Notes: a model not told the origin generated them from the letters alone. A stretch of 64,000 nt of DNA from Pseudomonadota bacterium (GCA_040387495.1 JAZKDQ010000004.1:1-64000); one strand, 5' to 3'; shown: positions 9,724 to 19,949, counted from the stretch's first letter. A program made the numbers and translations.

Positions 9724-12101
9724 TTAATTCACCGCTGCTAAACCCGCTAATAACTTTCCAAGTTGCACGCGATATTGATCAGACACAGCAGTCAACCTTT
9801 CAATAGTTAACCTTGCAGAATGTTGTCAGAAATATTTGTATCCTTCAATAGATCGTAAAGTGATGGTTCTCCCTCACCTGGCAATGAAGCAACTGAATAC
9901 ACTAATTCACCGTCCACTTCATCATATGTTTCTTCCAGCATCTTAATGCAATCAAGATGTGCGTTATATTCTGCATTCAACATGGTTTTTTGGCTAGGTG
10001 AAATTGTGTCCGTGCTTGATTGATACGTACGTGCTTTAGCCGTACATATTTGCTGTGCCATAACACTTAAATAATCAGTAGTGTCAGTTGCCGCGGCAAT
10101 TTGTGTTGCACAGTTAAGACGGCTCATTTGTCCACCCAGTGCCGCTATTCCATGAGATATTTGAATAATTTTCTCATCGATTTTATTGCATGCCTCAATT
10201 GCTGAATATTTATCTGAAATATTCAAATCAGTAAGTCCTAATGCCTCTACCGTTAAATTCCAAAGTGTTATTGAAACACTATGCCGATCAACCTGCACAT
10301 CCATAGAGCGATCAGCCACTGATGAAACATCGTTCCAAGATCCATTAGCAATTAAATTAATACTATTTTTATGTCTTTGAAAAGCTTCATCTAATTTTTG
10401 ATGTTGATCTAGGCTAATAGTATCAGCATCAGCATAAGTTCCAATTTTCTTCATCAGCTCCAATTGTTCAGCAATAAGCGTTCTCATTGATGCTGAAAAC
10501 GCAACAGTGCTAAATGCATTGGTAATAGGATTTTCTGGCTCCGAATAAGCAGTAGTGTCAGCTACGATATCATCTAATTTCTGCTGAGCATTTGGAACGA
10601 TTGACGCCGTATACTGATCTAAATCAGCAATATCAAACGTTGTTTCAGCATTTGGTGGAGTCATTTCTTCTTCCGTTAGTGGTGGTTCGCCCAACCCTGT
10701 TAATTTAGCAAGAAGTTGTGATTTTTGATCGTTAAGACTAGCAAGTATGTTGCTTAGTTGCACACGCGCATTATCAATATTTTTTTCTACCTCGTTTCTT
10801 GAATCATCATTTAATAGATTTGTTCCTTGAAAATTTAAAGACAATGTGTCCGCCCTAGGAAATACGAGTGCTATTTTATCAGTTGCCAGTTCGCCAGTAT
10901 GAATATCCATAACGACTTGATTACCTGTTTCCACACTAATGATTTCAACACCAAGAGCTGGATCTTTTTCCTCGTGATTATCTGCAGTGATAACGCTTAA
11001 ACCATTATCAAAAACAACTGTTCTTGCATTTTTATCAAGAGCAGCATTTGAGGATTCAAATGCATTATATGTCTTTTCCCAAACGTGCAAACCTTTTGAT
11101 ATTTTATAAGTGATTGTATTAGCCGTGCTATTATAGCCATATGAAAATCCATATATTCCAGGCGTAGTTGCTGCACCTGTTTCAATATTTGCAATATTTT
11201 CCGACAAATCTGTTGATGCAGAACGGATGGCAATTGGACAGTCAATATCCAATTGGAAGAGTGTTTCTAATTCTTTTTGGATTTTATCAGTAGTATCAAG
11301 GCCTGTGCCTGTTATATCAAGTGTGATGGTATTCGCATAATCTGTAACGCTTGTGAACTGAATTTCGCCCGATTCGCCAAGTGCAATTGTGCCCATTAAT
11401 GATTGACCGCCAACAATAACAGTTGTTAAACCTGAGTTTCCAATGGTGACAGATTCAATACCGCCAGATACAAAACCCGTAAGTGAAAAATCTTGGCTAA
11501 TGTTTTCTGTAACAGCACCTGTGTTGATGGCATTCTTATTACCAAGGCGTGTGTTGTCACCGCTGCCACCAGAAAATAAGGCAGCTCCATTCCATGATAT
11601 ATATGCCTGGTTATCAATCATCCTCAGATATGCTTGATATTCAGCATCAAGCATTGCTCCCATTGATGCGGAAGCATTAGTCGAATCAGCACTTTCTAGA
11701 AGATGCCCCCATTGAATCTAAACAACCAAGCGCCTGATTAGGAGCATTAATGGCCAGATTAATTAGGTGCAATCCCTGTTTAATATTTTGCCGAATTTGT
11801 TCATTGAAATTAGCATTAAGTATGCTTAGCGCCTGTTCAATTTTGCTAAGTGTTAAATCTTTGTAGGAAATTTCAATATCGGCTTCAGAAATAATGGAGG
11901 TATTTTCTGGTGTACCTACTCTGTGTATTGGCGCTCTGTGTATTGGTGAATAAATATCAACGTCTTCGGGGCCATCACCACAGCTGCCATAACTACAAAA
12001 AGCCGCCAACGAAATAGACAGCATCGCCGCTTGTTTGATATATTTTTTAATGTGTTTTTGGGTTGGGTCGCACGTGCATGGACAAAATTCTGATACGTCA
12101 T
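9724..12101 (-). pseudogene. Flagellin-like protein with three tandem flagellin D1-like modules, interrupted by three single-base frameshifts
   Basis: SD AAGGAG (12108-12113) precedes ATG 12101. Repairing indels at T6 12043-12048, C5 11706-11710 and TT 9823-9824 joins ORFs 11916..12143, 11686..12024, 9807..11663 and a tail ending at TAA 9724 into 792 aa. Flagellin-like motifs: LDSMGHLLESADSTN..MLDAEYQAYLRMID..WNGAALF and IDEKIIQISHGIAALGGQMSRL. Confidence 0.75.
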
Positions 12102-12186
12102 AAGGTTCTCCTTGGGGTTAAATCGGCTACCGTTGAACACCAAAAAAACTGAGTGACCAACGATAAGAACAACCTAGCGACATGAA

Positions 12187-12202
12187 GTTAAAATTATGTT
12201 AA
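12187..12202 (-). promoter_or_regulatory. Candidate CtrA binding site TTAA-N7-TTAAC upstream of the flagellin-like gene
   Basis: Minus strand reads TTAACATAATTTTAAC, an exact consensus match about 85 bp upstream of ATG 12101. Confidence 0.5.
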
Positions 12203-12333
12203 AATTTTATGTATATTTCATGCTTTCTCTTGTCTTTATTCTGCGCCAGACCAAAGCCTTAAGACAACTCGCAGTTGCATAATCGCGGGAATGATAAGAA
12301 AATTATTAGTCGTATTTACACGCAGAACACCTA

Positions 12334-13413
12334 TCAAGCCATATCTGCAACACCATCATTCGTAGCAGCAGCCGATTCTTTTTTAAGTCTTTCTTTATGT
12401 TCGATAAAATTTGCTGAATCCATTGCCATTTGTTCCATTTCTTTTGTATTTTTTGACAAGTTTTTTGCGTATAAATAGCATGCTGTGCCTCCAATTCTAA
12501 GAAGCATAGCAACAAAAAGAAGCGATTTACACTTATTCTCATCTGTAGCCAGAGAAAAAGCCACAACGCTATTAGCAGAAATACGACAAAGTATAGCAAG
12601 CACACCAATTTGCTCCCAAGCAATATTACGATAGGTTGCACAAAAATTGTAACAGCATGCCGCACTCTTGCTTGCATAAAAGTCAACATTTTCTGATGCA
12701 TCTTTACCGTTAATCAATAGTAAGCGCTCTGGATTTTTCTTTTCTAATGCATTTAGCCTATTTTGTCTTTCGTATGCACGTGCTTGTTTTCCACGAATAG
12801 GCGCAATTCTTTGGGATAACGAATACAATTGACGGAAGGTATCTGCAATCATCGTCATTTCTATTACATAAATTGAAAAATGTTTGCTTGACGCAAATTG
12901 TGTGCAGGTCATTAATGCTGTTTCTGACGCTTGAAAAATGCTATCGAAGTCTCCCAACCATGTATAAAGAAAACTCCAGCAGGTTGAAGCTTTCTTTGCA
13001 TAGCATTCCAATATTGAATTTGAATACCTGCTATCTTGATTTCCAAGAAGAATGGAATCAATGCTGTCATTTGATTTTTCTTCATCAGTTCTTTTTGCAC
13101 TATCTCCGTGATTTGATTTTTCCTCAATAACATCTTTACCATATTCTAAAATACGATTTACGTGTGAAGGCGCCGCATTACCAGGCAATGGAGATGCTGC
13201 CTGTTGTATTGAATCACAGGTTAAGTTGCCTTGATGCTTGGTGTTAACTGACGTCATCTCGACTAAATGAGATTGCTTTGCTTCTTCAATATCTCCATCC
13301 ATTGAAAATAAGGAAGTTGCAAAAATCGTAACGTACAATGATGAAAGTGATATTCTATTAAAAAATGACATAATGATCATCCTACTTGGATCTACAATCA
13401 AATAATGAATCAT
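12334..13413 (-). CDS. Orphan putative secreted/membrane protein with internal duplication
   Basis: Leader ending TSLFS-MDGD (likely start 13371); two similar segments YAKKASTCWSFLYT and YASKSAACCYNFCAT, each followed by hydrophobic helices. Confidence 0.65.
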   Translation of the reverse strand: MIHYLIVDPSRMIIMSFFNRISLSSLYVTIFATSLFSMDGDIEEAKQSHLVEMTSVNTKHQGNLTCDSIQQAASPLPGNAAPSHVNRILEYGKDVIEEKSNHGDSAKRTDEEKSNDSIDSILLGNQDSRYSNSILECYAKKASTCWSFLYTWLGDFDSIFQASETALMTCTQFASSKHFSIYVIEMTMIADTFRQLYSLSQRIAPIRGKQARAYERQNRLNALEKKNPERLLLINGKDASENVDFYASKSAACCYNFCATYRNIAWEQIGVLAILCRISANSVVAFSLATDENKCKSLLFVAMLLRIGGTACYLYAKNLSKNTKEMEQMAMDSANFIEHKERLKKESAAATNDGVADMA

Positions 13414-13465
13414 TTTTCTAATAATTTATTAATATTCTTTCTATTACTCATATTAAATCCACAAT

Positions 13466-15496
13466 TTATTTCCATGGCCGTTTGTGTGTCAAATCGTTTT
13501 GGAATCGAACCATGCCGTTTCCATACACAAAAGCGGAACCTTTTTCCTGCAGCTGCCCTGCATCCACCAGTGCGCCTTTTCGCCAAAAGCTATTCGTTAA
13601 TACTGGTGTACTGTGCGTCTTAAGTGGCAGAAAACTCAAATATCTCTTTTTCACTTCTCTCTCGTGAAGGGACGGATCAATCACATTCTTAAATGGATCT
13701 GCCACGATAGTGTGCCCATGCCACAACCAATCTTGCGCCGGCATTAATTTAATATGATCGGGATAAACACCTAAATGCTGACGCCATTGATCGGTGTAGA
13801 ACTGTCCTCGTTTAAGGCTAGATACATACAATGTATCATTTTGGAAAACGGCCAGAACAGAACGATCGCCCGCAAAGTAACCAACAGGAAGCGCTGTGCT
13901 TTTAAAAAACACAAACGAGAATAAAGCCATAGTAAGCCCCGTCAAACGCACACGGCTCCATGGACCCAGACAAAGTAAAAGCCCCCCAATCACAAAAAAT
14001 GGATAAAACAAATCAGATGGCGTTGGCACCATTAACCCAGATCCTGGCAAAGTCGACACCCAAATAGCAATCAGCGATAAAGCGTTTATGCCCAATTCAA
14101 GCGCCCAAAAGGCTAAATCCCATCCACCAAATGCCAACGATATGGTAGCTACAACAAGGGCTGGCATAATCCAAAACCCGGTCAAAGGTATCGCCAGCAA
14201 ATTCCCCAAGACGGCTTGCAGGGTTAATCGATTGAATATAGCCATACTCAGAGGTGTCGTTGCCAATGTTGCAACAACCGTGGTGAGCATAATTGCACAG
14301 AAATACACAATTGGCCGCCTATACCAAATGGCGTTCTTACCACCAACATCAGCGTGTGCCCAATCTTTAAGTGGTTGTCCTGTGACTTCATACGTAGCAA
14401 TCAAGGCAATCACTGCTGAGAAAGAAAGCTGAAAACTTGCCGACAACAGGCTTTCTGGGTACAGCATTAAAATAATCGAGGCTGCCAATGCAACAGATCG
14501 CATCGACAATGGATCACGATTAAAAATAAGGCCCACCATAATCAATGTTGTCATGCCAAACGACCGAATAGCCGGGTACCCAAACCCTGATAATCCTAAA
14601 TAAAATGCCATCGCTAGAATTGTCAAGCATGCAGAAATTTCTCTGATCGTAATAACAGGACGCAGAATATACCCGAACAACAATAGCTTCTTGATTGCGA
14701 AAAAGATAATCCCCGCAACCAATCCCAAGTGTAGCCCCGATATGGCCAATACGTGCGCAAGCCCTGCATCTGTATATTGCTGACGAAGATCTTTCGGGAT
14801 ACCGGATCGATCACCCGTTACCAATGCAGCGGCAATCTCTCCATAAGGTGCTGTTAAGCGTGCACGAAATGATTCAGTTATGCTGAATCGAAGATTGGCC
14901 ATCGTTGATTTAGGTTTATCAAGCACAACACATGACTTAACGCGGCCTGATGCCCCAATCCCTGCAAAATAATGTGCCCGTTTAAAATCATACGCGACAG
15001 GACTTACTGCACCCGTTAGCGGTAGCAAGGTAACAACACACCGTACGCGCCATCCTGGTTCCAACAATAAATCTGCCTTGCCCTTTACATGGGTTTTATT
15101 GATTGGTGCGCCATCAATATCGCCAAACGTAAAACGATTATGCGAACCCTTTGTATGCTCAACGTTTAAAACAGTCGCTGTAATCGTGTGATCCTTAAGA
15201 GGGCTTGCGATAAAGGGTGTCTTTAAATAAGTCGTGCGGGCATTGCTTATGCAAAATCCAAGAGAAAAGGCCAACAGTGCATGTGCCAAAAAATAGCCAA
15301 TTGCATGTTCATGAAGTTTTCTCCGAAAAATTAAAAAGCCAAGAGATAATGCAACCAACACACCAGCAGAAAGATATATATGTGGTTCAAATGAAAGAGC
15401 AAAATACATAGCTATTCCAAGACCAAGACAGCATGGCCAATACGCAAACAGAGTTTGTCGCTTATCAAATAAATCAGTCATAAATTTGTTTGACAT
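13466..15496 (-). CDS. comEC: ComEC/Rec2 family competence protein
   Basis: GLAHVLAISGLH motif, SFQLSFSA, many TM segments, N-terminal DUF4131-like region (YDFKRAHYFAGIGASG). Confidence 0.92.
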   Translation of the reverse strand: MSNKFMTDLFDKRQTLFAYWPCCLGLGIAMYFALSFEPHIYLSAGVLVALSLGFLIFRRKLHEHAIGYFLAHALLAFSLGFCISNARTTYLKTPFIASPLKDHTITATVLNVEHTKGSHNRFTFGDIDGAPINKTHVKGKADLLLEPGWRVRCVVTLLPLTGAVSPVAYDFKRAHYFAGIGASGRVKSCVVLDKPKSTMANLRFSITESFRARLTAPYGEIAAALVTGDRSGIPKDLRQQYTDAGLAHVLAISGLHLGLVAGIIFFAIKKLLLFGYILRPVITIREISACLTILAMAFYLGLSGFGYPAIRSFGMTTLIMVGLIFNRDPLSMRSVALAASIILMLYPESLLSASFQLSFSAVIALIATYEVTGQPLKDWAHADVGGKNAIWYRRPIVYFCAIMLTTVVATLATTPLSMAIFNRLTLQAVLGNLLAIPLTGFWIMPALVVATISLAFGGWDLAFWALELGINALSLIAIWVSTLPGSGLMVPTPSDLFYPFFVIGGLLLCLGPWSRVRLTGLTMALFSFVFFKSTALPVGYFAGDRSVLAVFQNDTLYVSSLKRGQFYTDQWRQHLGVYPDHIKLMPAQDWLWHGHTIVADPFKNVIDPSLHEREVKKRYLSFLPLKTHSTPVLTNSFWRKGALVDAGQLQEKGSAFVYGNGMVRFQNDLTHKRPWK

Positions 15497-15537
15497 ACAT
15501 TACCTGTCACGTATCAAAATCAACTGCGCACAGCTTA

Positions 15538-16353
15538 CTAAATAGTGATAATCATACCCTGACGGCTTACAAAACCACGGCGGCTAAATTCATTCACTTG
15601 TTGCTCAATAATGGCCATTTTATCATCTGTATTGAGTGGATCATGGTGGAATATGGCTGTTTTAACAACGCGAGCTTCATCGCCTAAACGCAAAGCCTCT
15701 TGCCATGTTGAATGCCCCCACCCTTTAAATTTTGGATAATTATCATCGGCGTAACTTGAATCATAAATAAACACATCCGTGCCGCGAATAAATTCAATAA
15801 GCCCTTCGCGGTTAGAATTTTCGCTATGTTCATGGTCTGTTATATAACACACAGATTTGCCATCACATGTTAATCGATATCCAACGGCGCCATTAGGGTG
15901 ATTTAAACCAAATGTATCAATACGAACATTGCCAAGTGTATGTGTGTAACCTGGTGTAAAGTCTTTACATTTTATGTTGCCAGGAAAGGAAGTAAAAGGA
16001 ACGGGAAATAAAGGCTCTGTTAAGGTTCGTGCGAAAAAATCTTGAATACCACCGTACTTAGCAAGACTTCCAGCATGGATATTCACTGTATAATTTTTAA
16101 ACCATAACGGAGCGAAAAAGGGGAAACCCATAATATGATCAAGATGAACATGCGAGAAAAACAAATGGCATTCCCTGTCAGGTTGTTGCAATGCAATTGC
16201 TGATGCATTCACAATGCCAGATCCAGCATCAAAAATAAAAATACCGCCGTCTGCTTCGACTAAAACACAGCTTGTATGACCACCATACTGACTAAAGCGA
16301 TTGTCAGCACAAGGGGTGCTACCACGCACACCAAGAAAATGAACATTTACCAT
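15538..16353 (-). CDS. Metallo-beta-lactamase-fold hydrolase
   Basis: FLGVRGSTP..YGGHTSCV, DAGSG, SHVHLDHIMG (HxHxDH), YITDHE, WGHS, FHHDP. Confidence 0.92.
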   Translation of the reverse strand: MVNVHFLGVRGSTPCADNRFSQYGGHTSCVLVEADGGIFIFDAGSGIVNASAIALQQPDRECHLFFSHVHLDHIMGFPFFAPLWFKNYTVNIHAGSLAKYGGIQDFFARTLTEPLFPVPFTSFPGNIKCKDFTPGYTHTLGNVRIDTFGLNHPNGAVGYRLTCDGKSVCYITDHEHSENSNREGLIEFIRGTDVFIYDSSYADDNYPKFKGWGHSTWQEALRLGDEARVVKTAIFHHDPLNTDDKMAIIEQQVNEFSRRGFVSRQGMIITI

Positions 16354-16722
16354 TCAAATTTTTCCGATTAATCTCTCACTTATTTTTATCCAAACAGACT
16401 AGATAAAATAGGTATAGTTTCTTTATTCTATCCCCATTGGATCACAAAAAGAATTTAAAATCATTAACAAGAAAGTGTTTTTATCTAATTATCTTTAATT
16501 TTATGCTATTTTTATTGAATTTCATCAAAAATAATACTAGCTTTCCGATTCATGAATCGCTCGCTGTAAATATATTCAAATTTTAAGATTGAGATTTGGT
16601 TAGAAGGCACGTCTTTAAAGGCGCTGTTTAATCGGCACAAAAAACGTAAGTGAACTCAGTTGAAATGGGTACGTAAGAGAGAAATGAAAGCTTAAAAGGA
16701 AGAATGAAATCTACTAAATAGT

Positions 16723-16756
16723 TTGTCACCCCCATACATTAGTACGAGGGTGGCAA
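16723..16756 (-). terminator. Hairpin downstream of DEAD-box helicase
   Basis: Imperfect inverted repeat TTGTCACCC...GGGTGGCAA about 20 bp after the stop. Confidence 0.5.
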
Positions 16757-16777
16757 TTTTAGATTATTGAGAAAATT

Positions 16778-18712
16778 TTATGGTTTTCTAAATACTTTTT
16801 TATCACCAAAGGATGGCTTTGATCTTGGCGCACCGAAACCTTTGTTCGCACCGCTTGGACGATCACCGCCACCAGCGTACCCACGGCCTTCGCCGCTTGG
16901 CGTACGAGGACGATCACTTGCACCAGCATAACTGCGACCTTCACCACTTGGTTTACGATCACCACCGAAGCTACGACCTTCGCCACTTGGCGTACGAGGA
17001 CGATCACTTGCACCAGCATAGCTACGACCTTCACCACTTGGTTTACGATCACCGCCGAAACCTCCAGCAGGACGATCACCGCGAGGGCGATCACCACCAA
17101 AGCTACGACCTTCGCCAGATCCAGCAGGACGGTCACCGCGAGGACGATCACCACCAAAGCCTCCAGCAGGACGATCACCGCGTGGACGATCTCCACCAAA
17201 ACTACGACCTTCACCAGATCCAGCAGGACGATCGCCGCGTGGACGATCACCACCAAAACCTCCAGCAGGACGATCACCGCGTGGACGATCTCCACCAAAA
17301 CCTCCAGCAGGACGATCACCACGAGGGCGATCACCACCAAAGCTACGACCTTCACCAGATCCAGCAGGACGATCACCGCGAGGACGATCACCGCCGAAAC
17401 CACGACCTTCACCAGACCCAGCAGGACGATCACCACGAGGGCGATCACCACCAAAACTACGGCGTTCGCCACCAAAACCTCCGGAACGAGCGCCACCGCC
17501 GAAACCACCGCCGCCAAATCCGCCGCCACCGCTATTACGACGACGATTACCATCTGAACGACCTTCAGACTTCATACCTTTTGGAAAATCAATTGGTGCA
17601 CCTGGATTCATCAATTGGCTAATTGCACGCCATTTATGACGATCATCTGGAGCCAACAAACAAAGCGCAGAACCTTCAGCACCAGCACGGCCTGTACGAC
17701 CAATACGGTGGATATAATCTTCTGGGCATTGTGGCAAATCATAGTTAATAACGTGACGAATATGTGGCACGTCAAGACCACGTGCAGCAATGTCTGTTGC
17801 TACCATGATACGACTCTTGTTTGCACGGAATGATTTAACAACGCGTTCACGTTTGCGTTGATGTAAGTCACCATGAATCGCATCCGCTGAGTGATGTTCA
17901 TCACATAAGCGTTCTTTAAGATCTTCTGCACCGATTTTAGTTTTAACGAAAACGATCACTGATCCTTCGCGTTCATTAAGTTCACGCAACAAATGTGCAA
18001 ACTTTTCAGCATGGGTTGTATGAATAACATCTTGCTTAATATGTGTCACTGGTTGTGTTGTTGAACCAACGGTAATACGCTTTGGATCACTCAAATACTG
18101 ATTTGCAATACGCACGATGTTGTTTGGCATTGTTGCCGAGAACATCAATGTTTGACGTGTTTCATGCATTACTTCGATAATAGTTTCAAGCTGTTCGCTA
18201 AAGCCCATATCAAGCATACGGTCAGTTTCATCTAATACTAAGAATTGCGTACGGCTAAGATTCAATGATCCACGATTCAAGTGGTCGTTAATACGACCAG
18301 GTGTACCAATAATAAGTTGTGGACGACGACGTAATTGACCAAGCTGCTTAGCCATCGGATCGCCACCAATCAAAAGTGCAATCTCAAACTGTGGCTTCTT
18401 AGCTAGAAGTTTATTAGCCATATCTTGTACTTGTATCGCAAGTTCACGTGTTGGCGTCATTACAAGCGCTGAATTTTCAGATGATGCAAGTAAATTTGTG
18501 CATAAAGGCAAAAGGTAAGCCAATGTTTTACCAGTACCTGTTTGTGCGGAACCGAGTACGTCTTTTCCATCAAGACCAAATGGAACAGCTTCTGCTTGAA
18601 TTGGTGTTGGTATTGTAATGCTTAAACGCTCAAGTGCTAGCAAAAGCTCTTCGGGCAAACCGAATGATTTGAAATCTGTTGTGTTTTGTTTTTGTGAGTT
18701 AAGTTCTGTCAT
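16778..18712 (-). CDS. DEAD-box RNA helicase (RhlE/DeaD-like) with long Gly/Arg-rich repetitive C-terminal tail
   Basis: Q-motif, AQTGTGKT, PTRELA, DETD, SAT, ARGLD, YIHRIGRTGRAG. Start placed at 18712 (ORF open to 18751). Confidence 0.95.
   Translation of the reverse strand: MTELNSQKQNTTDFKSFGLPEELLLALERLSITIPTPIQAEAVPFGLDGKDVLGSAQTGTGKTLAYLLPLCTNLLASSENSALVMTPTRELAIQVQDMANKLLAKKPQFEIALLIGGDPMAKQLGQLRRRPQLIIGTPGRINDHLNRGSLNLSRTQFLVLDETDRMLDMGFSEQLETIIEVMHETRQTLMFSATMPNNIVRIANQYLSDPKRITVGSTTQPVTHIKQDVIHTTHAEKFAHLLRELNEREGSVIVFVKTKIGAEDLKERLCDEHHSADAIHGDLHQRKRERVVKSFRANKSRIMVATDIAARGLDVPHIRHVINYDLPQCPEDYIHRIGRTGRAGAEGSALCLLAPDDRHKWRAISQLMNPGAPIDFPKGMKSEGRSDGNRRRNSGGGGFGGGGFGGGARSGGFGGERRSFGGDRPRGDRPAGSGEGRGFGGDRPRGDRPAGSGEGRSFGGDRPRGDRPAGGFGGDRPRGDRPAGGFGGDRPRGDRPAGSGEGRSFGGDRPRGDRPAGGFGGDRPRGDRPAGSGEGRSFGGDRPRGDRPAGGFGGDRKPSGEGRSYAGASDRPRTPSGEGRSFGGDRKPSGEGRSYAGASDRPRTPSGEGRGYAGGGDRPSGANKGFGAPRSKPSFGDKKVFRKP
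16860..17540 (-). repeat. Coding tandem repeats GGDRPRGDRPAG(SGEGRSF/GF) plus a duplicated 90-bp unit
   Basis: Repeated GGACGATC/CCAGCAGGACGATCACC blocks; the 30-aa unit GGDRKPSGEGRSYAGASDRPRTPSGEGRxx occurs twice. Confidence 0.95.
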
Positions 18713-18729
18713 GTTTTGTTTTCCAATGT

Positions 18730-18761
18730 AAAAAAATAAATTCTGTATCATTACAGAATTC
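18730..18761 (-). promoter_or_regulatory. Terminator-like hairpin plus U-tract immediately upstream of the helicase start
   Basis: Minus strand AATTCTGTA-ATGA-TACAGAATT-TATTTTTTT. Confidence 0.45.
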
Positions 18762-19184
18762 GCACTGAAAGATAGCTTTAAGTTACCTAATTGCGATTAC
18801 ACATTAACGACGTCGATTGAAAATAAAACATCTGCACACGTATATGAATACGTGGGTATGTAGTGCTGACAAACAACGATCGCCTCTTCTAAAAGAGGTG
18901 ACGTGAACGAAAAAAGGTTATCTACCAATTTCACAAAATATTGATTACTGCATTGCCCGTTGGGCTCAGTCGGGTTCTTGACATTTTCAAGAAACTATAT
19001 CCACATTACGTAAATTGACTGGATATATGACTAAATTGTTGAGCGTATAGCATTCAAAAATTTTTTAAACTGGCAATAAAATTTAATGCCGTCTTTTTAA
19101 TTATTACTAAGTTAAAGCTGCTCGAGGCTTGCATTCATTTCATTGCTGAAATGAATAAGACACTCAAGCAGTAACGCAAATTGA

Positions 19185-19391
19185 TTAATCCATCAACTTC
19201 AAGTTAACAGCTGAAACTTTGCCTTTGTTTGAAGCAAGTTCATAGCTGAGTTTTTGTCCATCATTAAGTGATTGAAGGCCTGCGCGCTCCAATGCTGTAA
19301 TGTGCACGAATACATCGCTGCTTTTGTCATCAGGCATAATAAACCCATAACCTTTAGTTGAATTAAACCATTTTACAATACCGGTTGCCAT
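19185..19391 (-). CDS. cspA: Cold-shock protein
   Basis: [15 protein letters not shown] (RNP1), DVFVHITAL (RNP2). Confidence 0.95.
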   Translation of the reverse strand: MATGIVKWFNSTKGYGFIMPDDKSSDVFVHITALERAGLQSLNDGQKLSYELASNKGKVSAVNLKLMD

Positions 19392-19949
19392 TCTTAGAAA
19401 TCCTATTCATATTCGTAGTGTTAATATTACCTGACCTAAAATATTTAAATCAGGAGAGTCTGCAATATGCCATCATGGCAAACACGGGAACTATAAGATA
19501 TCGGACAACCGTATTCTGTAGTTTGCATTAAATGCGAGTGTGTGCAAAAAAGCTATTATAAACTCATACTAATATAGATGGGCCTTTGTGAGCAAAAAGT
19601 CAAGCCCTTAAAAAGAGATTAAAGGGTTATTTATTACAAATCACAGAAAAAACCCAGGAAACCAACGTTCATTGCATATCATATATACTACATCTTTACG
19701 TGATTCCGCAAGATATGTAGCCTTATTAGTTTCATGAATTAAGTCTTGACAACGTTTCTTTAATTCGCAAAACTATCCAAAAGCGCTATCAAATCTCATA
19801 AAAAAAGACTGTGAATAAAATTAAGTTACCCATTGCCTTTCTTATAAAGGGATCCAATATTCACATTTTTTTTAATCTGACCAATTATTTTAAGAAAAAT
19901 GGTATTAAATTCCCTTTTTCTCTAATCCTTTAAAAAAGTATGAGATAAC

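Noticed and set aside
16759..17622. Long ORFs 16759..17553 (-) and 16813..17622 (+), or a CRISPR-like array
   Set aside because: These are alternate-frame shadows of the helicase's coding repeat; there are no unique spacers.
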